From assembly GCA_037446095.1 (NCBI GenBank), contig JBBIJG010000002.1:1-40896 (forward strand): a stretch of 40,896 bases of DNA, in the 5' to 3' direction. Below the pieces are notes generated by a model. It saw only the letters and a list, made by a program, of their open reading frames with translations. It was not told the DNA's origin and did no database searches. Position 1 is the first letter of the stretch. Each line of letters begins with the position of its first letter. Both the position numbers and the translations under genes were made by a program. Below, in pieces: positions 34,287 through 40,896 of the stretch. The DNA comes from Caldilineae bacterium. Its GTDB lineage: Bacteria; Chloroflexota; Anaerolineae; E26-bin7.

Positions 34287-34796
34287 TTACGCAGCCTGAC
34301 CGCTCAGGTAACCCTCGGCGATCAGCCGGGCCGCCTCCACCCGCTTGACCCTGGCAAAGCTCTCTTCCTCGGCGTAGACCAGAGCTTTGGTAGGGCAGGC
34401 CTCCACACAGGCGGGCACGTCCCGGTCGGGGCAACGGTCGCATTTCACAGCGATGCGCTCTTCGGCACGCCGGCCGATGACGCCGTAGGGGCAGACCATG
34501 GTGCACATCCAGCAGCCGATGCATTTGTCTGGATTGTGGCTCACCACGCGGGTCACGGCGTCTTGGCTCATGGCGCCGGTGCGACAGGCCCGCACGCAGG
34601 GCGCGTCCTCGCAGTGACGGCACAGCAGCGGCACTTTCTGCGCCGCGACATACTCCACGTAGAGGCGTTTGCGCGGCACCGGCCGCTCAGCGAGGGCAGC
34701 GAAGAGGCTTTTGCCCGTCGAGTGTTCCACGGCGCAGGCCAGCTCGCAGGAATGGCAGCTCACACAACGGTCCAGACGGACGAAAATTTCTTTCAT
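34287..34796 (-). CDS. cooF: CooF-type 4Fe-4S iron-sulfur electron-transfer protein
   Basis: CVSCHSCELAC, CRHCEDAPCVRAC, CIGCWMCTMVCP and CDRC..ACVEACP. Located 15 nt downstream of cooS. Confidence 0.8.
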   Translation of the reverse strand: MKEIFVRLDRCVSCHSCELACAVEHSTGKSLFAALAERPVPRKRLYVEYVAAQKVPLLCRHCEDAPCVRACRTGAMSQDAVTRVVSHNPDKCIGCWMCTMVCPYGVIGRRAEERIAVKCDRCPDRDVPACVEACPTKALVYAEEESFARVKRVEAARLIAEGYLSGQAA

Positions 34797-34811
34797 GGTA
34801 GCATCTCCTGA

Positions 34812-36683
34812 CTAGATTCCCAAAGCGGCACGCTTGGCATCAATGTGGTCAATGATGAGCGCTGCTGCCTTGAAGGGATCGGGTTCCACGGCGAATTTGG
34901 CACCTACCACTCCTTCGGCCCCGGCCGTGAGCAACCCGGCGACATTGGCGCTGCCCAACACCGGCGGGGCGGTGCCCAGCACGGTGAAAATCCCGGAGGC
35001 GACCACGTAAGCGCCGATGCTGACTGCCTTCTCGCTCATCCATTCAGGGGCGGCACCAGCCACCGGCAAATCGCAAATGTCCACGCCCAGGGCATTGGCC
35101 GCCGCCGCACAGACCACCAGGATGCGGCTGATATCCACGCAAGAGCCCATGTGCAAAACGGGCGGCACCCCCAGCGCCTGGCAGATTCCCTTCAGCCCAT
35201 CACCAGCCTGTTTGGCCGCCTCGGGCAAAAGCAAGCCAGCCTTGGCGCAGGCCTGGGCGTTGCAGCCGGTGGTGACCACCAGCACGTTGTTCTTGATCAG
35301 TTCCTTGACCAGGTTGACGTGGCCATAGTCTTGTTGCACCTTGGGGTTATTGCAACCCACCACGCCAGCGATGCCCCTGATGGCTCCGCTCTTGATAGCG
35401 TCCAGCAGTGGGTTGAGGCTGCCGCCCAGCGCAGACAGGATGGTCTCGGTGCTGAAGCCGACCATGCACTCGCTCTTTTCGTCGGGGATGTTGACCCTGG
35501 CCGCGTTGCGGAGCGGATAATTCTCCACCGCCGCCTGCACGATGGCTTTGGCCGTCTCGTAAGCGGTCTCCTCGTGGAATTCGATATGCGTCGCGCCGGG
35601 GAACTTGGCCTTGGGCGAGGTGGAGATGAGTTTGGTGTGATAACAACTGGCCAAGTCGCCCAGGGCAGGAAAGATGCACTGCACGTCCACGACCATGACT
35701 TCCACCGCGCCGGTGATGACCGCCAACTCCTGCTGGAGAAAGTTGCCGGCCACCGGGATGCCGTGGCGCATCAACACCTCGTTGCCGGTGCAGCAGATGC
35801 CAGCCACGTTGATCCCCTTGGCTCCCTGCTTCTCGGCCAGCTTCAACAGCTCGGGGTCCTTGGCTGCGGCCACGATCATCTCGGACAGGATGGGCTCGTG
35901 GCCGTGGACGATGATGTTGACCTGGTCAGCCTTGAGCACGCCCAGGTTGGCCTCCGAGCGAACGGGCTGGGGCACGCCAAAGAGCACGTCCTGCAGTTCG
36001 GTGGCGATCATCGAGCCGCCCCACCCGTCGGCGATGCTGGTGCGTAGGCCGTGCAGGATGATGTTGACATAGTCGTTGTCCACGCCGATGTGGGTGCGGT
36101 GCATACATTCCACGATCTCGCGGTCAATGCCTCGGGGGTCAATGCCCAGCTTGCCCCACAGTTCCACCCGCTTGGCCGGGGCACGCCGGGTAAACCGGAT
36201 AGGGCCTTCCTGCTGGCCGAACTCGGCCAAGGCAGCGTTGGCCAGGTCCAGCGCGATTTCCTCCTTGGAGCGCCCCTCGGTGACAATGCCATATTCGCTG
36301 GCCAGACTCTTAAGCTTGGCCTCGTCCTTGATCTCGTAGCCACCGCCCTTGCCCTCTGCTGTCAGCTTGAGGGTGTGGGCCACGTCGCGAGCGTGGTCAG
36401 AGTGGGCCGCCGCGCCAGCAGCGATCATGCGCAACAGGCCGCGGGCCACCATAATGTCGGCCGTGGCGCCACAGACTCCCTTGGTCGGCCCTTCGCCGAA
36501 AGGATCAATGCGGCAGGGCCCCATGTTGCAATTGCGGCAGCAGACCCCCAATTCGCCAAAGCCACATTGAGGTTGCTGCTTCTCAAAACGGTCCCAGGCC
36601 ACCTCCAGGCCCGCCCTCTCGGCCTCTATGAGCATGGCCTGGCTGGCTGGATCAATGCTCCTGCTACGGATCTCTTCCTTCAT
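34812..36683 (-). CDS. cooS: Anaerobic Ni,Fe carbon monoxide dehydrogenase catalytic subunit
   Basis: N-terminal signature QPQCGFGELGVCCRNCNMGPCRI, plus HSDHARD, IIVHGHEP, AGICCTGNE and VVGCNNP. Length is ~620 aa. Confidence 0.95.
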   Translation of the reverse strand: MKEEIRSRSIDPASQAMLIEAERAGLEVAWDRFEKQQPQCGFGELGVCCRNCNMGPCRIDPFGEGPTKGVCGATADIMVARGLLRMIAAGAAAHSDHARDVAHTLKLTAEGKGGGYEIKDEAKLKSLASEYGIVTEGRSKEEIALDLANAALAEFGQQEGPIRFTRRAPAKRVELWGKLGIDPRGIDREIVECMHRTHIGVDNDYVNIILHGLRTSIADGWGGSMIATELQDVLFGVPQPVRSEANLGVLKADQVNIIVHGHEPILSEMIVAAAKDPELLKLAEKQGAKGINVAGICCTGNEVLMRHGIPVAGNFLQQELAVITGAVEVMVVDVQCIFPALGDLASCYHTKLISTSPKAKFPGATHIEFHEETAYETAKAIVQAAVENYPLRNAARVNIPDEKSECMVGFSTETILSALGGSLNPLLDAIKSGAIRGIAGVVGCNNPKVQQDYGHVNLVKELIKNNVLVVTTGCNAQACAKAGLLLPEAAKQAGDGLKGICQALGVPPVLHMGSCVDISRILVVCAAAANALGVDICDLPVAGAAPEWMSEKAVSIGAYVVASGIFTVLGTAPPVLGSANVAGLLTAGAEGVVGAKFAVEPDPFKAAALIIDHIDAKRAALGI

Positions 36684-36752
36684 GGAAGTGCCTCCCTTCT
36701 GAGATTAGATTTGTGATTCGAGACGTTGTGTGTATCACCTCCCTCGCGTAAC

Positions 36753-36828
36753 AAAAAAGGCCCTTGCATCGGAACCCGGTGAGGATGATCTCTTGAGGTT
36801 CAAGCCCGAACCGCCTCCTGCAAAGGCC
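36753..36828 (-). promoter_or_regulatory. Structured element with terminator-like closing helix + U6 in the cooS 5-prime leader
   Basis: Minus strand reads GGCCUUUGCA-(50 nt containing GGUUC-GGGCUU-GAACC)-UGCAAGGGCC-UUUUUUG. The 10-bp closing helix has one G.U pair. Lies ~95 nt downstream of the predicted promoter and ~70 nt upstream of the cooS ATG. Confidence 0.4.
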
Positions 36829-36928
36829 AACTTACAGTATGGATGCCCCCTCGTTCAAAAGCAACGCCACCGGGCATTGGGGGGGCCATGGGATAATAAG
36901 CCTTTTGAAATTGACACTACTATTTTAG

Positions 36929-36957
36929 ATTATAGCACACCCCCGGGCGTTAGTCAA
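36929..36957 (-). promoter_or_regulatory. Sigma70-like promoter for cooS-cooF
   Basis: Minus strand reads TTGACT-17 nt-TATAAT with an extended -10 TG (GTGCTATAAT). This implies a ~240-nt leader. Confidence 0.55.
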
Positions 36958-37036
36958 GGGTTTCCGCCCCCTTTTCCTCATCGCTCCTATCAACGCAAAG
37001 CAGCATAGCCATGCGTGCACCCAAAGGCACAAGAAC

Positions 37037-37065
37037 TTGACAAGAAGCCGATTTTGTGATATTAT
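37037..37065 (+). promoter_or_regulatory. Sigma70-like promoter for the padR-led operon
   Basis: TTGACA-17 nt-TATTAT, about 55 nt upstream of the padR ATG. Confidence 0.55.
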
Positions 37066-37082
37066 ATCTGCGAAATGCAGAT
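37066..37082 (+). promoter_or_regulatory. Inverted repeat ATCTGC-N5-GCAGAT abutting the -10 box (candidate PadR operator)
   Basis: Perfect 6-bp arms directly downstream of the -10 hexamer. The operator role is inference from position only. Confidence 0.35.
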
Positions 37083-37119
37083 AGCTGTTTATACCAATTA
37101 TGTGGAAGGGAGCAACCTC

Positions 37120-37521
37120 ATGCCACGAGGTCGCCGTTGGAGAGGGGGACGGGGGGATGCCCCTTGTCCCCGGCATGTCTATCGTTTCGTAGAACCGTGT
37201 CTGTTGTTGCTGCTACACCGTGACCAGACCCATGGCTATGACCTTATGGAAGGGCTCAAAGAGTTCGGCTTCGCCGAGGCGCCGATAGATTCCAGCGTGG
37301 TCTACCGTACCTTGCGGGCTATGGAAATGGCCGGGCTCGTCACGTCGTCCTGGGATACCACAGGGCCAGGGCCGCCGCGGCGGGTGTACCGCATCACCGC
37401 CGAGGGCGACCGCTACCTGGCCCGGTGGGTGGCCGACCTGCGCGAGACAGACCGGGTGCTGCACGGCTTCTTACAAGCCTACGACGAACACATTCAGGAG
37501 GGTGTCGGTGAGTATCATTGA
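37120..37521 (+). CDS. PadR-family transcriptional regulator with Arg/Gly-rich N-terminal extension
   Basis: Winged-helix core LLLLLHRDQTHGYDLMEGLKEFG...SSVVYRTLRAMEMAGLVTS...RRVYRITAEG. N-terminus MPRGRRWRGGRGDAPCP. GGAAGGGAG RBS. Confidence 0.85.
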   Translation: MPRGRRWRGGRGDAPCPRHVYRFVEPCLLLLLHRDQTHGYDLMEGLKEFGFAEAPIDSSVVYRTLRAMEMAGLVTSSWDTTGPGPPRRVYRITAEGDRYLARWVADLRETDRVLHGFLQAYDEHIQEGVGEYH

Positions 37522-38284
37522 TGACCTGTTGGCCACCGTAACACCACCGCTCAGCCTGGATTTGCAATCCAGGCTGGATGTCCTGGTGCGCGAGATGCGG
37601 ATAGGAGCCTTCTGGACAGCGGTGGTCCTGGAGGATGGTCGCTGTGGCCTGGCCTCGGTGCTGCGGGACGATGACCATCACCGCTGCGGCCAGGACCCGG
37701 TGCGCGAGGCCGGGCACCTGCACGGACGCAGCGCCCGGGAGCTGGCCGAACTGGCCCGTTCCGACAGCCTGCTGGAAGCCAGCATCGGCCTGGCCGCCAT
37801 CAACGCCTTGCTCGACGTGGACGAGGAGGCCTGCGTGGAGCTGAACGCCGAACAGGTCATCCTGGAGCAAGGCGCAGGTAAGGACGTGGCTATCGTCGGC
37901 CATTTCCCCTTCATCCCTCGGGTGCGTGAGGCGGCGAGACAGCTCTGGGTGCTGGAGCAACGCCCCGGCCAGGGTGACCTCCCGGCCGAGGCCGCTCCCG
38001 AGGTCATCCCCCAGGCCGACGTGGTGGCCATCACCGGCACGACTCTCATCAACCACACCTTCGAGGAACTGATGGAGCTGTGTCGCCCGGAGGCCTTCGT
38101 CCTGGTGCTGGGCCCCACCACGCCCCTCTCGTCCGTACTGTTTGACTACGGTGCGGACGTGATCTCCGGCACTCTGGTCACCGATCCGGAGATAGTGCTG
38201 CGTTACGTCAGTCAAGGGGCTTCCTTCCGTCAGATAAAGCGGAGCAAGGGTGTGAAGTTGTTAACCATGACTCGTGATGCGTAA
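37508..38284 (+). CDS. DUF4213/DUF364-like Rossmann-type protein (putative metal-chelation/cofactor-handling domain)
   Basis: Family-typical segments VREMRIGAFWTAVVL..GRCGLAS, ASIGLAAINALL, DVAIVGHFPF and ADVVAITGTTLINHT. The GTG at 37508 is 6 nt after AGGAGG (the track start is GTG 37502). Overlaps the padR end. Confidence 0.7.
   Translation: MSIIDDLLATVTPPLSLDLQSRLDVLVREMRIGAFWTAVVLEDGRCGLASVLRDDDHHRCGQDPVREAGHLHGRSARELAELARSDSLLEASIGLAAINALLDVDEEACVELNAEQVILEQGAGKDVAIVGHFPFIPRVREAARQLWVLEQRPGQGDLPAEAAPEVIPQADVVAITGTTLINHTFEELMELCRPEAFVLVLGPTTPLSSVLFDYGADVISGTLVTDPEIVLRYVSQGASFRQIKRSKGVKLLTMTRDA
37552..37576. repeat. GGATT-TGC-AATCC family hairpin (11-bp stem) inside the DUF364-like CDS
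   Basis: CAGCCTGGATT TGC AATCCAGGCTG. Confidence 0.65.
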
Positions 38285-38313
38285 GAAGTAAAACGTAAAT
38301 TCGGGGAGAGGAA

Positions 38314-39396
38314 ATGATTACCGAGGAAAAAGTTCGACAGGCTCTGGCAAAGGTTATGGACCCGGAGCTGAAACGCAATCTGGTAGAGCTGGGTATGGTC
38401 CGCGATGTGAAAGTACAGGATAGCCAGGTCAGGTTCACTCTGGCGCTGACCACGCTGGCCTGCCCGCTCAAGGATCAAATCATCGCCGAGGCCAGGGCCG
38501 CCGTCATGGCCCTGGACGGCGTGAAAGAGGTCGAGGTGGAGCTGACCGAGATGAGCGCCGAGGAGAAGAAGCGCATTTTGCCCGGCCAGGACCAACCGGG
38601 AGTGGCTGAGCGCTTCAATCACATTGATCGCGTCATCGCCGTGATGAGCGGCAAAGGCGGCGTGGGCAAATCGCTGGTGGCGGGCCTGCTGGCCGTGGCC
38701 CTCCGACGGGAGGGGTATCAGGTAGGCATTCTGGACGCCGACATCACCGGTCCCAGCATCCCCCACATGTTCTTCCCCACCCGGCAGTGGCCGCAAGGGG
38801 GGCCTCTGGGCATCTTGCCGGTGGAGAGCAAGACGGGCATCAAAGTGATGTCCATCAACCTGCTCCTCCAGAGCGAGGACCAGGCAGTGATCTGGCGGGG
38901 GCCGCTCATCAGCGGGGCCATCAAACAGTTCTGGGGGGACGTCGTGTGGGGCGACCTGGATTACCTCATCGTGGACCTGCCGCCCGGCACTTCCGATGCC
39001 GCGCTGACGGTGATGCAATCGCTGCCTCTAAGCGGGGTGGTGCTGGTCACTTCGCCGCAGGGTCTGGCCGGCATGGTGGTCAAGAAGGCAGCGCAGATGG
39101 CTGCTCAACTGAACGTGCCCATCATGGGCCTGATCGAGAACATGAGCTATGTGGTCTGCCCCGACACGGGCAAAAAACTGGAGGTTTTTGGCCCCAGCAA
39201 GTCAGAAGTGCTGGCCAGACAGTTGTATGTGCCTCTGCTGGGCCGGTTGCCCATCGAACCTCGGATTGCCGAGTTGTGCGATGAGGGCCGCATCGAAGAC
39301 TACCCGGCTGAAGAGTTCGCTCCCATTGCCCAAAAGCTGGCCGAGCTGGCACTGCCGGCCAGACAACCTATGTTCCCCATGCCAAGGGCAAAGTAA
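38314..39396 (+). CDS. apbC: Mrp/NBP35/ApbC-family P-loop ATPase with N-terminal DUF59 (FeS-assembly) domain
   Basis: DUF59-like VMDPELKRNLVELGMVRDV..TLACP. Deviant Walker A is MSGKGGVGKS. DLPPGTSD is present. The usual CxxC position reads CPDT. Confidence 0.88.
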   Translation: MITEEKVRQALAKVMDPELKRNLVELGMVRDVKVQDSQVRFTLALTTLACPLKDQIIAEARAAVMALDGVKEVEVELTEMSAEEKKRILPGQDQPGVAERFNHIDRVIAVMSGKGGVGKSLVAGLLAVALRREGYQVGILDADITGPSIPHMFFPTRQWPQGGPLGILPVESKTGIKVMSINLLLQSEDQAVIWRGPLISGAIKQFWGDVVWGDLDYLIVDLPPGTSDAALTVMQSLPLSGVVLVTSPQGLAGMVVKKAAQMAAQLNVPIMGLIENMSYVVCPDTGKKLEVFGPSKSEVLARQLYVPLLGRLPIEPRIAELCDEGRIEDYPAEEFAPIAQKLAELALPARQPMFPMPRAK

Positions 39397-39414
39397 TTAG
39401 TAGGGAGATACGGG

Positions 39415-39942
39415 ATGACAGTACGCAGCTTTGACGGAAAAATCCCTCGCATCGGCGAAGGGAGCTACGTCCATCCCTCGGCTGATGTGTTCGGTGACGT
39501 GACCATCGGCCGGGGATGCTGGATCGGACCTGGGGCCCGACTGCGGGGAGACTATGGCACTATCGTGGTGGGTGACTATTCCAGCATCGAGGACAACTGT
39601 GTGGTTCACGCCCGCCCCGGCGAGACCACCCACATCGGCGATTGGGTGACCATCGGCCACGTCTGCGTGATCCACACCGCCACGGTGCGAGACTATGCGG
39701 TGGTCGGGATGGGCAGCATCGTCAGCGATTGGGCAGTGGTCGGCATCTGGAGTGTGGTCGGTGAGGGCGCGGTGGTCAAGCAGAATCAGCAGGTACCGGA
39801 CGGCCACATTGCCGTGGGCGTGCCAGCCCGTATCCTGGAAAAGCCGGTATCAGAAGAGTACAAGGCGCAGTGGTCAGAGTTCAAGAAAGTCTACGTGGAC
39901 CTGGCCCGTCGCTATCCAGATGAGTTACAGGATTTGGGATAG
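39415..39942 (+). CDS. Gamma-class carbonic anhydrase-like / PaaY-CaiE-type left-handed beta-helix protein
   Basis: Hexapeptide repeats IGEGSYVHPSADVFGDVTIGRGCWIGPGARL. His ligand contexts are NCVVHA, IGHVCVIH. Confidence 0.85.
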   Translation: MTVRSFDGKIPRIGEGSYVHPSADVFGDVTIGRGCWIGPGARLRGDYGTIVVGDYSSIEDNCVVHARPGETTHIGDWVTIGHVCVIHTATVRDYAVVGMGSIVSDWAVVGIWSVVGEGAVVKQNQQVPDGHIAVGVPARILEKPVSEEYKAQWSEFKKVYVDLARRYPDELQDLG

Positions 39943-39984
39943 AGCAAGAGAACAGTGCTGTGAAACGGAAAGGAGGTGATCAGG

Positions 39985-40272
39985 ATGCCAGGTTTCGATG
40001 GAACGGGACCTAGAGGGCTCGGCCCCATGACCGGACGCGGAGAGGGTTACTGCGCAATCGTGCTTCCCTCTTCGGGAATGGCGAGGGCTTACGGATACGC
40101 GGGATTGGCGGGTATGCCGGTGGTAATGAGCTATCCCTATGGCAGACCTCCAGCCTATGGGCCAGTGTCTGCCGTTGCCGCTGCACCCTATAGGCCCTTC
40201 TTCGGGAGGCCGCGTCGGGGGATGCGTTTCGTTCGTGGCAGAGGCGGAGGACGAGGCCGTAGCAGGTGGTAG
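39985..40272 (+). CDS. DUF5320-like Gly/Arg/aromatic-rich small protein (paralog 1)
   Basis: AGGAGG RBS. N-terminal motif MPGFDGTGPRGLGPMTGRGEGYC. RG-rich tail RGRGGGRGRSRW. The family name is from memory of PF17253. Confidence 0.7.
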   Translation: MPGFDGTGPRGLGPMTGRGEGYCAIVLPSSGMARAYGYAGLAGMPVVMSYPYGRPPAYGPVSAVAAAPYRPFFGRPRRGMRFVRGRGGGRGRSRW

Positions 40273-40321
40273 AGACAACTTTAGAAGGTAAATCATTTTG
40301 CAAGGAAAGGAGGTGACTGAG

Positions 40322-40696
40322 ATGCCTGCTGGAGATGGAACCGGACCGATGGGCATGGGCCCGATGACCGGGCGAGCGGCTGGCTTCTGCGCCGGCTACA
40401 ACGTGCCCGGCTACGCCAATCCCATTCCCGGCCGGGGTCTTGGCTGGGGTTTCGGGCGAGGCTTCTGGGGGCGTGGCTGGCGTCACTGGTACTACGCCAC
40501 CGGCCTTCCCGGCTGGGTGCGCTTCGGCTATGGCCCGGCCTGGGGGACGCCACCCTATGCCGCCTACGGTACTCCCTACGCCCCGACGATGACCCGCGAG
40601 CAAGAAATCGAGATGCTCAAGGATCAGGCCGAGTACTTCAAAAGTGCCCTTGACGACATCACCAAGCGCATCGAGGAACTCGAGCGAGAGGCGTAG
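40322..40696 (+). CDS. DUF5320-like Gly/Arg/aromatic-rich small protein with C-terminal coiled coil (paralog 2)
   Basis: AGGAGG RBS in nearly the same context as paralog 1. [25 protein letters not shown], then a [22 protein letters not shown] segment, then [34 protein letters not shown]. Confidence 0.8.
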   Translation: MPAGDGTGPMGMGPMTGRAAGFCAGYNVPGYANPIPGRGLGWGFGRGFWGRGWRHWYYATGLPGWVRFGYGPAWGTPPYAAYGTPYAPTMTREQEIEMLKDQAEYFKSALDDITKRIEELEREA

Positions 40697-40721
40697 GAGA
40701 ATGCGGCTGGGGAAATAACGT

Positions 40722-40763
40722 CGGGGCGGGTGAACGGAACCGGAAAGCTCGCCACCCGCCCCG
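40722..40763 (+). terminator. Hairpin after the second DUF5320-like gene (terminator-like, no T tract)
   Basis: CGGGGCGGGTG-(20 nt)-CACCCGCCCCG, an 11-bp perfect stem, 26 nt after the stop. A second hairpin, CGGTCGT-TAG-ACGACCG, lies at ~40779-40795. Confidence 0.4.
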
Positions 40764-40896
40764 AGCCCCCAACCTGCACGGTCGTTAGACGACCGGCAAG
40801 ACAGGGCACAAGACAACGGACCTTCAGCCTATTTTCCGCACCCATTGCTATCCAATCCATCTCCAAAAGCATTTTTGAGAGTTGGAGTAGAGCCTT

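Noticed and set aside
36797-36812. tRNA T-arm-like GGTTCAAGCCCGAACC
   Set aside because: There is no acceptor stem, D-arm or anticodon arm around it, and the loop is not a T-loop consensus. It is an internal hairpin of the cooS leader structure.
36730-37008. 92-aa ORF in the cooS-padR intergenic region
   Set aside because: It has no RBS, a non-ATG start and an odd composition, and it spans the predicted cooS promoter and leader structure. The region is better explained as regulatory.
19393-37576. The recurring GGATT..AATCC hairpins as a CRISPR array
   Set aside because: Copies are kilobases apart, in both orientations, without regularly sized spacers or cas genes. This is a dispersed repeat, not an array.

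Overview
40.9-kb GC-rich bacterial chromosomal window. Composition, anaerobic C1/metalloenzyme genes and YLPLI-type motifs in secreted proteins suggest a Chloroflexota-like anaerobe, but taxonomy is inference only. Gene order, left to right: (1) a MacA/MacB-type efflux pair plus a decayed second adaptor; (2) a HypA-like zinc-ribbon gene; (3) a membrane-anchored NACHT-HEAT STAND NTPase; (4) an M24 aminopeptidase; (5) a tightly coupled minus-strand operon of an acidic Cys protein, a possible 42-codon Cys-rich micro-ORF, a Clp-like double AAA+ protein with a degenerate first ring, a minimal SNF2 ATPase and a coiled-coil/multi-zinc-ribbon protein. I cannot assign this operon to any described system and rank it as the best candidate for something new. 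Continuing: (6) a secreted chagasin(I42)-papain(C1)-PPC fusion protease with a secreted partner; (7) an RmlD-like reductase carrying an in-frame palindromic insertion; (8) an IS graveyard (IS701-like fragment, deleted IS3 copy) next to an AT-rich sdpI-like gene; (9) a GT2 glycosyltransferase; (10) an Hfq-like Sm protein; (11) a PPDK_N-domain protein flanked by a ~60-nt three-hairpin repeat family; (12) a long minus-strand metabolic array of acetoacetyl-CoA synthetase, Cys-type formate dehydrogenase with two Fe-S subunits, an AT-rich retropepsin-like gene, PfpI and cooF-cooS; (13) divergent from cooS, a PadR / DUF364-like / Mrp(ApbC)-like / gamma-CA-like / 2x DUF5320-like cluster. No rRNA, tRNA or CRISPR array was seen. 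A dispersed hairpin family with conserved apex GGATT-(TGC/GCA/ACA)-AATCC occurs five times, three of them inside coding sequence. All product calls rest on motif recognition by eye, with no database search.
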